Shown: one piece after another, positions 9,201-18,031 of the stretch
Position numbering within the stretch: position 1 is the stretch's first letter
How the letters are laid out: every line of letters begins with the position of its first letter
Source of the DNA: Promethearchaeota archaeon
GTDB lineage: Archaea; Asgardarchaeota; Heimdallarchaeia; Hodarchaeales; Hodarchaeaceae
DNA: 64,000 bases
Direction: 5' to 3'
NCBI GenBank assembly: GCA_048938105.1
Contig: JBHLMN010000016.1
Coordinates: 32,001 to 96,000, forward strand
Notes under the pieces: generated by a model
What the model was told of the DNA's origin: nothing
The model's input: only the letters and a program-made list of their open reading frames with translations
The model's database searches: none
Translations under genes and position numbers: made by a program

Positions 9201-11183
9201 GTGAAAATACCCTATCTAGGAAAAATAAGATTGTATTGGTGCGAGTTTTGTCATGTACCACTGATTCGTGAATATTGCTCTCTATGTGCGAAAAAAGGTA
9301 AAAAGATCCAGTTAACTCCTCCTGGAGATGTTCGTCCTGCTTTTGAAGGTGATCTAAAACGGATAACTTCAGTAATTAGATCTCAATTTGGTAAGATTTC
9401 AGCCCAAAAATTTCGACAACTGATTGAAAACCAAGTGATTTTATTAAATAAAGTACCCTATGTTGACCGTATGGATGAAATCATTTTACAAGGACACATA
9501 ATTGGAATATTTCGGTTTAATCTTGTTAAAGGGAATTTTGAGTTACTTCCTAGAATTTCTTTAGCAACAGAATTATGGAATACTCAATCTAAAGGATGGG
9601 TAGTCGTGGATGTCGGAGCTAGAAATCCAATCGTTAGGGGAGCTTCAGTCCTTTCTCCTGGTGTTGTGGCTGCAGATACGAATGTTTCTGTAAATGATCC
9701 TGTAATAATTGTATGTCAAGACGAGGTAATTGCAGTTGGTCTTGCAAAAATGAATGGTGGTCAAATGGGACCACAAAACAAGGGTATTGCAGTAAAAACA
9801 AAATATCGCAAAAAGTCCAGAATTTCTCCAATAAGATCAAAAATTTCAACTTGGGAACGGATAATTGACGCCAACCTACTTTCACTAGAAAATTTAGAAA
9901 ACGAAGCAATTGAATTTATTAAACGGGAAGCTAAGAAATTTAAAAAGCATGTCGTAGCATATTCTGGCGGAAAAGATTCTTTAGTAACGTTAGATCTAGT
10001 GGCTCGATCTAATGTGTCCTATGAAATTATTTTTTCTGACACAGGTCTTGAATATCCCGAAACGCTAGAAAATATAGCATTAATTAAACAAAAATATCAA
10101 AAAGAAGTGATTGTTCAAAGAAACAAGTTATGGGAGTTTTGGAATCGATTTGATCAATTTGGACCGCCATCAAGAAATACCCGATGGTGCTGCAAATCAG
10201 CCAAACTATCTCCAATAAACGAAATAATGGAAAAATTCTTTCCTAACGATAATCAGATACTTAGTTATCTTGGGAGAAGAAGGTATGAGTCACTAGGGAG
10301 ATCTCGGGAATCTCGTGTATCAAAAAACCAGTGGATTCCCAAACAAGTGATAGCTGCACCGATAAATAATTGGAACGCTTTTGAAGTTTTTTTATATATT
10401 CATAAAAATGGTCTCACTAAATTTCTAAACCCATTATATAATAAAGGGTTTATTAGAATTGGTTGCTGGGTTTGTCCTGCTTCCTCCATGGCAGATTTTA
10501 AGATTATGAAAGAATCACATCCAACATTAATTACCCAGTTGAATAAAAGGTTACTTAAGATCAAAAATCAACAAAGATTTCCAAGTCAGTATATTTCATG
10601 GGGATTATGGCGCTGGAAATATCTTCCTCAAAAGATTATTAATTTATTAAAGACTGAGAACGTACCATTTTCTATCACTAAACAAAGGTTTCACATAATG
10701 AATAATTTAGCTTTTAGAATTACATCTAATCCCTCACCCTGTGTTTATGGAGGTTTTTCTTCTTTGTTATCTGCAAATCAAATGTTGGATCTCTCTAGAA
10801 TGAAAGATTTTTTACCAATTTTAGGTTCAGTCCAACACGACGATGAATTAGATGTTCTTTCGATTTCAATGAAGAATCACAGCCATTTTGACATTTTTTG
10901 TGATGGTTCGATCATACTTAAGAGTAAAAACAGAAGTTTCTTCTCAAAACAAATTTCATCTTTGATTCGAGTATTGTATAGGGCAAATCATTGTGACGGT
11001 TGTGGAATCTGTGTTTATTCATGTAAAGAAAAAGCACTTGTCATAAAATCGGGTGTTATCAATGTTCTTAAGGATCAATGTATTCATTGTCTGACATGCA
11101 ATGATTTCTGTCCATTAGTGAAATATCAAGATGATACCTCTTTTTTAATTTCTTCCAAGGAAATAGGAGAATCTATTTCATAA
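9201..11183 (+). CDS. PAPS reductase family protein with PUA and 4Fe-4S domains
   Basis: SGGKDS, RWCCK, RIGCWVCP, PUA region and two C-terminal ferredoxin motifs; GTG at 9201 chosen as the likely start. Confidence 0.85.
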   Translation: MKIPYLGKIRLYWCEFCHVPLIREYCSLCAKKGKKIQLTPPGDVRPAFEGDLKRITSVIRSQFGKISAQKFRQLIENQVILLNKVPYVDRMDEIILQGHIIGIFRFNLVKGNFELLPRISLATELWNTQSKGWVVVDVGARNPIVRGASVLSPGVVAADTNVSVNDPVIIVCQDEVIAVGLAKMNGGQMGPQNKGIAVKTKYRKKSRISPIRSKISTWERIIDANLLSLENLENEAIEFIKREAKKFKKHVVAYSGGKDSLVTLDLVARSNVSYEIIFSDTGLEYPETLENIALIKQKYQKEVIVQRNKLWEFWNRFDQFGPPSRNTRWCCKSAKLSPINEIMEKFFPNDNQILSYLGRRRYESLGRSRESRVSKNQWIPKQVIAAPINNWNAFEVFLYIHKNGLTKFLNPLYNKGFIRIGCWVCPASSMADFKIMKESHPTLITQLNKRLLKIKNQQRFPSQYISWGLWRWKYLPQKIINLLKTENVPFSITKQRFHIMNNLAFRITSNPSPCVYGGFSSLLSANQMLDLSRMKDFLPILGSVQHDDELDVLSISMKNHSHFDIFCDGSIILKSKNRSFFSKQISSLIRVLYRANHCDGCGICVYSCKEKALVIKSGVINVLKDQCIHCLTCNDFCPLVKYQDDTSFLISSKEIGESIS

Positions 11184-11367
11184 ATACAAATCCATATTTT
11201 TTTCTAGAAAGTATTTTATGTTTAAAATTCCTCGGAAAAACTATTGTAAGTTAAAATTTCTGGTAATTTATTCCATTCATGTTAAGGTTTGTTACTAGTG
11301 AAACTGAATGACGATGTAAATCTGATTGGTATAATTCAAGACAGAGAAAAACAAAAAAAAACCAGAC

Positions 11368-11949
11368 ATGATTGGGCTTATGAGCTGCATTTGGAGAATA
11401 CAGAGTGTGAATGGTCGTAAGGAACGAGTTATTGACGGAGCTAAATCAATTCTTTCAACAAGAGGATTTAAAGTAACTTCTGAGATTGAAAAAGATGAAT
11501 TTTACGAAATCTATGGAAAAGACGCCAACAAGAAGACAATTATAGTACGCATTCCAACAAAAGAAGTTGTTGGTGTTCGTGAATTACGTGATTACAAGGA
11601 AGAAATAGAGAAAAAAGGTTACGATCACGCCATTCTTCTTGCTTTAAACAAATATACACATTATGCAAAAAGAGAGGCAAAAACCGCTGGTATTGAAACC
11701 TTTTCAATTAAGTTTCCATTCTTTAATTTATTTAAACATTATTTAGTACCCTTACACGAGTTTGCTAGCGAGGAAGAAATCAAAGAATTAGAGAAAAGAT
11801 ATTCCATTTTTAAGTATCAATTACCCAGAATATCAGCAGAGGATCCAGCTGTGCAACTTCTAGGTGCTAAAGTCGGAGATGTGCTGAAAATAATACGTAG
11901 AAGCCCCACAGCAGGTGAGTTTATCATCTATCGGGCTGTGGTACCTTGA
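11368..11949 (+). CDS. rpoH: RNA polymerase subunit Rpo5/RpoH with an N-terminal Rpb5-jaw/restriction-endonuclease-like domain
   Basis: C-terminal HYLVPLH..LPRI...DPAV..GDVLKIIRRSPTAG...YR; ~110-aa N-terminal extension; true start may be GTG at 11407. Confidence 0.9.
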   Translation: MIGLMSCIWRIQSVNGRKERVIDGAKSILSTRGFKVTSEIEKDEFYEIYGKDANKKTIIVRIPTKEVVGVRELRDYKEEIEKKGYDHAILLALNKYTHYAKREAKTAGIETFSIKFPFFNLFKHYLVPLHEFASEEEIKELEKRYSIFKYQLPRISAEDPAVQLLGAKVGDVLKIIRRSPTAGEFIIYRAVVP

Positions 11950-12073
11950 TCATTGAACCTAGAGAAGTAGTTTTCATCCTTATCAAAAAACCAAGTACAT
12001 AAAAAAGGCTGTATAAGGTGTTAAAATTGACATCCAACGCCTCCGAAGTTTTCCTAGTAATCGGATATACGAT

Positions 12074-13402
12074 GTGCGACATACTAATTCGAGCAAGGCA
12101 ACTAGCATTAAGAAAGAGGAATGTTTATTGAGCAAACTGAAGAATTCTTGGATCATAATAGTCATGGTATTCTTTCTCAATCTTCTTACTATAAATAATT
12201 CATATTTAAATCCTTTAATAGTTCAGGGAACAGTTAAACCCACGATTGAATCTGAAATCATTATTGGTATTGATTTATACCACCAAAGTGATATTAATAC
12301 TAGTGAGATCACTAATTTAACGTCTATTCTTAATACTACCTTTAGTTCGCAACAAGTTGTGTATCTTAAGGAGAAATTCACTTCCGAGAATTTAGCAGGT
12401 ATAGATGTATTAACTATATTAGCACCAACCTTAAGATTCGATCCTGAAACGGAAGTAGTGGTCATAGAAGAGTTCATAAAGAAAGGTAACTCCTTACTAA
12501 TAGCTTCTGGGTATAGAAACCAAACGAGAGAGCCATCGAATGACATCCTGAATGTTTTTGGTTTAAGATTCAATTATTCCAGTTCTATTATATCAGAAAA
12601 GGCCTTGGCTCGAAATTTCACAACGCCAGTTACTCCTTTAACTGAAAACATCTCCCAAATCATATGTCCAAATGGACTGGGAATTTCATTAAATAAATCA
12701 AAACTAGAAAGTTATCAAACTCCAGCTATAGTGTATTATAACCCTATTCTAGTTGTTAATTCCGAGAAAGCTCCATCGGAGAATAATACTTTGATTTCAA
12801 CCCTTGAGTTTGAAAATGGAGCCCGAATATTAGCTATTGGATCAGCAGACATGTTTAATAACAGTTTCATTGAACCTCTTGCCAATGCTACTAGTATTTT
12901 CTTAGATAACACAGATTTTATAACGAATGCTATAAGGTGGTTAGGAAGAAATACTGGACTAATGAATTTTTATAATCCATGGGTGGATTTAGATGAGCAA
13001 TCAATTGATATTGGAGAAGTAATTCATGGGAATGTCACATTGGTAAATTCTCAAAATCAAAGTCTTTCACAGGTACATCTAATCATCACGCTTGAACGAA
13101 CAGGAGCAATTCTGAGTTCAAGAATTATGCATATGTTTCCTAATAATGCTTCAAATTATTTTGGTTGGGTGAGTACAGAAGAATTAAGTTATGGATATTG
13201 TGATGTAGTATTCATCGCTAGTCGGGTCGGTTATCTGCCTGTGGAATTAAGTGCTGGGCGTATATACTTAAAACCCCCATTTCCCTCACCGAAACCACCA
13301 AATACAGCTCTCCAGGGTTTATTTTTGGCATCTTTTCTCCTTTTTTTATCAGACACAATAGTCATTTATTTGAATTTAGGGAAGAAAAAACCAATAGAAT
13401 AA
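12074..13402 (+). CDS. single-pass exported protein with GldG/IFT52/OST48(WBP1)-like domain
   Basis: Signal-like hydrophobic stretch; FIKKGNSLLI..NDILNVFGL and GARILAIGSADMFNN..N..F..N.IRW; many N-x-S/T sequons; C-terminal TM. Confidence 0.55.
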   Translation: MRHTNSSKATSIKKEECLLSKLKNSWIIIVMVFFLNLLTINNSYLNPLIVQGTVKPTIESEIIIGIDLYHQSDINTSEITNLTSILNTTFSSQQVVYLKEKFTSENLAGIDVLTILAPTLRFDPETEVVVIEEFIKKGNSLLIASGYRNQTREPSNDILNVFGLRFNYSSSIISEKALARNFTTPVTPLTENISQIICPNGLGISLNKSKLESYQTPAIVYYNPILVVNSEKAPSENNTLISTLEFENGARILAIGSADMFNNSFIEPLANATSIFLDNTDFITNAIRWLGRNTGLMNFYNPWVDLDEQSIDIGEVIHGNVTLVNSQNQSLSQVHLIITLERTGAILSSRIMHMFPNNASNYFGWVSTEELSYGYCDVVFIASRVGYLPVELSAGRIYLKPPFPSPKPPNTALQGLFLASFLLFLSDTIVIYLNLGKKKPIE

Positions 13403-13419
13403 CCATTATTCTATAAAAG

Positions 13420-13791
13420 TCAGGTTATTGCACTTAAAGCCTCAGTTGTGATTTCATAATCTTTTGGTAGAAGTAAAAGATAATCGAGTTTCCCTAGGTT
13501 CAACATATCATATTCATATTGCCGAATGAATGCATTTAGTCGCTGTAAAAATCGTTTAGCTCGTATAGGTTTTTTTATTCGAAATTCTTTGAAAAAGATA
13601 ATGATTAAACTGTGATGCTCCATCTCGAGTTCAATGTCATCTGTATCAGTGAAATCCTTTATTGAAATGCAGCGGATTCTATTTTTATTTATTCTAAAGG
13701 AACGATTGAAGGTTCCAAATATATTAGTAATGAAGAGGCGCATTTTTTTTTCCAAGAGAAGGTAGATGAATTCAAGATAAACAAAAAGCAC
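13420..13791 (-). CDS. hypothetical protein
   Basis: ORF only; likely start at the internal Met near 13743. Confidence 0.45.
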   Translation of the reverse strand: MLFVYLEFIYLLLEKKMRLFITNIFGTFNRSFRINKNRIRCISIKDFTDTDDIELEMEHHSLIIIFFKEFRIKKPIRAKRFLQRLNAFIRQYEYDMLNLGKLDYLLLLPKDYEITTEALSAIT

Positions 13792-14002
13792 TATTTTCCT
13801 AGTTGATTCTCACATATCATTAGTTCTTTTACATTGGTTATATTCCATCATGATATTGTGATATTAGGTCTAGTTAATTTCAGAAGTAATCAGATGAATA
13901 AGAGAAAAATACCCACTATTCTATTATTTTACAAAATTAAATAAAGAGTTGATGATGGCCAAATCTTTGCATAATCATGTTTGAAAATCATTCAATTAGG
14001 AA

Positions 14003-14159
14003 CGGGCCCGGTGAGATTTGAACTCACGATCCCAGCGTCTTACTGAAAGTGGTACTTATACCCACTTCTCGCAGCGCCGTACTCTGTCTGGAATAATCTA
14101 GGTTAAGCCTACAAAAAGCATGCTTAACCATGATTTCATCCAGGCTAAGCCACGGGCCC
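14003..14159 (-). tRNA. tRNA-Arg(GCG) with two introns (D-loop, 14086-14137; position 36/37, 14040-14069)
   Basis: Acceptor GGGCCCG/CGGGCCC, T arm GTGAG-TTCAAAT-CTCAC; removing two BHB-flanked introns gives a 75-nt cloverleaf with loop CT-GCG-GA. Confidence 0.88.
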
Positions 14160-14582
14160 TGTAAGATAAGCTCCGTGAGAAAAATCAATAGTTACATCGC
14201 TTTTGATCATTGTCTTAAATTTTTACTGTAGTAATTTGTATATTTTGGGAGAAATGGATTCTAACCATTACTTCTCTAACTTTAGGGATTTTAATATCTA
14301 ATTACACGAGAGTAACATTAAGGATTGCTAAAATATCTGGCTTTATTTTCCTTTTTGACTGATTAATAGACTCAATAGGCCGAACTTATGTTGTAGAAGG
14401 TTAATTGTACGAATTTGTTTCACAACATAACTATATCTTGGTAATAATTGAATATTTTATGATAAATATCTATCAAATTGAAGTATATGATGGTTCGAGT
14501 TCAAATATGAAAAAAAATAAAAATCATATCAGCTGTGAGAATCTAACTATCAAAGAAAGTATTTATCTAGAGGTCTGATGAC

Positions 14583-14942
14583 ATGAAAACCCCTACATTG
14601 ATTGGAACACTAATATTCGTGATTAGTATAATGATAGCAGTCATTACAGCTTTACCACCCCAACCAGAGACCCCATATATTGAATTATTTTTAATCTGGA
14701 TTGGTGGAATAGTTGGTGGTATAGGACTTGGGTATGGAAATCGGGAGAGTTTCGGATTCGATGAAGGAAATAGCGCAACGATTATTGGAGGTCTTGGTCT
14801 CGGATGGAGTATTCTTATATCGTTTTTGATGTATTATTATGGACATCCTCCCTTTGAAAGAGTCATTATATCATTTGTTGGATCAATTGTAGCAATTATT
14901 GGCTTATACATGGTGGTTGTTTCAACACAAGAGTCTTATTAG
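14583..14942 (+). CDS. small 4-TM membrane protein
   Basis: Four hydrophobic, Gly-rich segments; GAGGT RBS-like sequence upstream. Confidence 0.7.
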   Translation: MKTPTLIGTLIFVISIMIAVITALPPQPETPYIELFLIWIGGIVGGIGLGYGNRESFGFDEGNSATIIGGLGLGWSILISFLMYYYGHPPFERVIISFVGSIVAIIGLYMVVVSTQESY

Positions 14943-15039
14943 ATGTTTCCAAACTTAATGTTTGATTTCAATATTTCAATCCTTACAAGGATTTATCTTA
15001 CTAGGAGTGAAATTCTCAAATCATTGCTTAATTCTAGTA

Positions 15040-16374
15040 CTAAGTACTTTTTCCATGATCTTTCAGAAAATTTAATACAATTTCTTCTAAAGTAGGTGTA
15101 CCTTGCACTTCTAATTCATATTTTACTCTTACAGATGGTTTTTCAATTGTTATTAGTCGCTCTAAGTCAATGGGAGTACCTATGATGACTGTTTCACAAT
15201 CTGAAGCGTTTATTGTATCTTCAAGTTCTTTTATTTGGCTTTTTCCATAACCCATTGCTGGGAGAATATCAGTTAAATGAGAATATTTACTGTAGGTATC
15301 TTTAATAGTACCTACAGCGAAGGGGCGAGGATCAATAATTTCTTTTGCCTTAAATTTCTTAGCAGCAATGTGTCCAGCTCCATATCTCATTTCACCATGA
15401 GTCAAAGTTGGTCCATCTTCTACAACAAGAACTCTTTTGTTGGTAATCAAGCCAGGATTCTTCACTGAGATTGGAGAATTTGCTATAATGATTTTTGCAT
15501 TTGGATTGAGTTTTTTAATGTTTATTTTGAGTTGTTCAACATTTCCTTTTGGTGCGGTGCCAGCTTTGTTGATAATCACTACATCTGCTTGTCTTATATT
15601 TACCTCACCGGGAAAATAAGAGTGTTCGTGTCCCAAACGATGAGGATCCGCAATAGTAATCTTTAAATCTGCCTCATATAAGCTCCAATCATTATTTCCT
15701 CCATCAAAAAGAATTACATCCGTTTCCTGTTCAGCAGCCTTTAGAATATCAGCGAAATCAACCCCCGCAAAAACTAGATTTCCTTCCGTGATGTGAGGTT
15801 CATATTCTTCCATTTCTTCAATTGTGCACTCTTGTTGCAATAAGTCATCATAAGACCCAAATCTTTGACAGCGCTGTTTTAAAAGGTCACCATAAGGCAT
15901 TGGGTGTCGAATTACGGCCACACGTTTTCCATTCTGGCGGAGGATTTTTCCAATCTTTCGTGTTGTTTGACTTTTTCCACTACCAGTCCTCACAGCAAGA
16001 ACTGCAATGATTGGAAGTTTAGACTTTATCATGGTATGATCAGGGCCTAAAATACGGAAATCTGCCCCAATTGATAACACCCAAGAAGCTATATTCATTA
16101 CATAATCATAAGACAAATCTGAATAAGCCAGAATTACCTGTTCAACTTTGTATTGATTTATTAAGGTTGGTAATTCTTTTTCAGGATAAATAGGGATACC
16201 TTCGGGATATAGAGATCCAGCTAATTCAGCAGGATATTTTCGTCCTGAAATATCTGGAATTTGTGTGGCAGTAAAAGCTACCACATCATATCTTTCATTA
16301 TTACGAAAATATGTGTTAAAATTATGGAAATCTCGTCCAGCAGCGCCTAAAATAACTGTTTTTATTCGTTTCAT
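15040..16374 (-). CDS. cyclic 2,3-diphosphoglycerate synthetase-like P-loop GTPase
   Basis: GAAGRDFHNFN, RTGSGKSQT, RHPMPYG, DGGNND, EDGPTLTHG, LPAMGY. Confidence 0.88.
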   Translation of the reverse strand: MKRIKTVILGAAGRDFHNFNTYFRNNERYDVVAFTATQIPDISGRKYPAELAGSLYPEGIPIYPEKELPTLINQYKVEQVILAYSDLSYDYVMNIASWVLSIGADFRILGPDHTMIKSKLPIIAVLAVRTGSGKSQTTRKIGKILRQNGKRVAVIRHPMPYGDLLKQRCQRFGSYDDLLQQECTIEEMEEYEPHITEGNLVFAGVDFADILKAAEQETDVILFDGGNNDWSLYEADLKITIADPHRLGHEHSYFPGEVNIRQADVVIINKAGTAPKGNVEQLKINIKKLNPNAKIIIANSPISVKNPGLITNKRVLVVEDGPTLTHGEMRYGAGHIAAKKFKAKEIIDPRPFAVGTIKDTYSKYSHLTDILPAMGYGKSQIKELEDTINASDCETVIIGTPIDLERLITIEKPSVRVKYELEVQGTPTLEEIVLNFLKDHGKST

Positions 16375-16738
16375 TGGAAGGATCCCTAATTTATTTGTTG
16401 ATAGAAGGCAAAAAGGACTGAATTTTTAAAATATTCTTTCATAATTCAAAAAAAGATTGAGAATGTAGATAAATTAAAACGAGAGAAAGTAGATTCATAA
16501 TCAAATTTAAAATAGCACACCAATTGAAGTATTTTTATTAACATTATGGTCCTTGATACTATTCCCTCAACATTGGAGTGAGGTTTTTGTAAAAAGCTAT
16601 CAACTACAGGTTTGTAATAGCTTAACATATTACCAGATATTTCAGACTGATTACTAAACTTAGAGGAGATTAAAACACTGAAAACACTAAAAAAATTCTT
16701 AAAAAACTGTGTAATTAGACAGGTTAGAGGAAAATATC

Positions 16739-17074
16739 ATGAGTTCAGATCTTGAAGGATGGTTTAATCTTCCTAAATCAATCAAATTGCTGGATATCTC
16801 TCTTATTGGCTATGGTTTCATCTTGATCATTGCCATATTATTATATATGAGCGTACTTGACCATACTGTACAGAATTTGATGCCTATATTTCTTACAGCC
16901 ATACTTTTGTTGATCACATGGAATTTTCGGACACAATTATCAAAAACACATATATCAAAAGAAGAATTTGACCCTGGAGTCCAAAAACGATACTTTCTCG
17001 AATGGTTCATTATTTGCCTGCTTATTATTGTGATTATAGGAGTTATTCTCATTGTTTATCCAGTAACATATTAA
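16739..17074 (+). CDS. small 3-TM membrane protein
   Basis: Hydrophobic segments; AGAGGA upstream of the ATG. Confidence 0.65.
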   Translation: MSSDLEGWFNLPKSIKLLDISLIGYGFILIIAILLYMSVLDHTVQNLMPIFLTAILLLITWNFRTQLSKTHISKEEFDPGVQKRYFLEWFIICLLIIVIIGVILIVYPVTY

Positions 17075-17176
17075 TTTCTCTGTTTATCAAGAATTCAAAG
17101 TCTATTTTATGATTGAGATAAACCTAAATGATAAAATATGATTAATCATTCGCCTTAAAGATGTATCTGATCTCAT

Positions 17177-17257
17177 ACATTCGCTGTATGATGATGTTAT
17201 CCCCGGATGAGTTGTGTATCAACAATGAATATATGAAGAGCCGTCTGAAGTGAATGT
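17177..17257 (+). ncRNA. box C/D guide sRNA targeting the 23S rRNA peptidyl-transferase region
   Basis: 9-bp terminal stem ACATTCGCT/AGTGAATGT; box C ATGATGA (17188-94); guide TGTTATCCCCGG; D' ATGA; GTTG/CAAC stem; C'-like ATGAATA; guide GAAGAGCCG; box D CTGA (17245-48). Confidence 0.85.
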
Positions 17258-17300
17258 TCTTGATTTATGAGGTTTTAGTAAAAGTAAGAGAGGAAAAAAG

Positions 17301-17585
17301 ATGAAGAAGGACTTATTAGAAATTCTAGCCTGTCCAATATGCAAGAACCCCGAATTGGAATTATACATCTTTAAAGAGGATGGGGTCGAAATTGAAACTG
17401 GACTTATTGTTTGTTCAGAGTGTAATCGCTTTTATCCAATCAAAGGTACAATACCAGTTATGTTACCAGATGATTTGAGAAAAAAGGATGAAGATCTAAA
17501 ATTTCTTAGATCTAATCAGGAAAAAATTCCAGCTAAGGTTCTTACTGAAGGAAAACCTTTTTCATTGGCTAGCACTCAAAAATAA
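17301..17585 (+). CDS. Trm112-family methyltransferase activator
   Basis: LLEILACPICK...G.IVC..CNRFYPI...IPVMLP. Confidence 0.9.
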   Translation: MKKDLLEILACPICKNPELELYIFKEDGVEIETGLIVCSECNRFYPIKGTIPVMLPDDLRKKDEDLKFLRSNQEKIPAKVLTEGKPFSLASTQK

Positions 17586-17690
17586 ACAACACTCCAGTCT
17601 TTTTGTTTTACTAGCAGGTCTTAGGTGTAATTTTGCTGATTTATAATACTTTCAAGGATAGTTAATTCTAGATAAATAGAAATAAGAACA

Positions 17691-17795
17691 TAGCCCCGCC
17701 CAGAATATCGCAAATAAGCATATGATGTGCTCTTGATTCGAACTGGGGTCTCGAGGACCAAAACCTCGTATGATGGTCCGCTACACTACGGGGCT
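17691..17795 (-). tRNA. tRNA-Gln(TTG) with a 32-nt T-loop intron (17705-17736, position ~59/60)
   Basis: AGCCCCG/CGGGGCT acceptor; CGAGG-TTTTGGT-CCTCG anticodon arm; CCCAG/CTGGG T stem interrupted by a hairpin intron. Confidence 0.88.
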
Positions 17796-18031
17796 GAAAT
17801 ATTTTTGACATTACACATGACATTGATTGCTAATACAGGACAAATAACCTCACAAGCTCGACATTCAAAGCATAAGCTGGGATCTGTAATTTTAATGGTT
17901 CCTTTAGGAGTTTTCTCATCAAAATTTCCTTGAATTATAATCTCTGCAGGACAGCTTCGGATGCATTTTAGACACTTAATACAGATATTTTGGTTGATTA
18001 TAATCTTTTGAGGGATATTTGTCCACCTCAT
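17786..18031 (-). CDS. 2[4Fe-4S] ferredoxin
   Basis: Two CxxCxxCxxxCP motifs. Confidence 0.9.
   Translation of the reverse strand: MRWTNIPQKIIINQNICIKCLKCIRSCPAEIIIQGNFDEKTPKGTIKITDPSLCFECRACEVICPVLAINVMCNVKNISAP

Noticed and set aside
13376-13402. C-terminal KKKPIE as an ER-retrieval di-lysine signal
   Set aside because: The lysines are not at the -3/-4 or -3/-5 positions; the positive-inside rule explains them.
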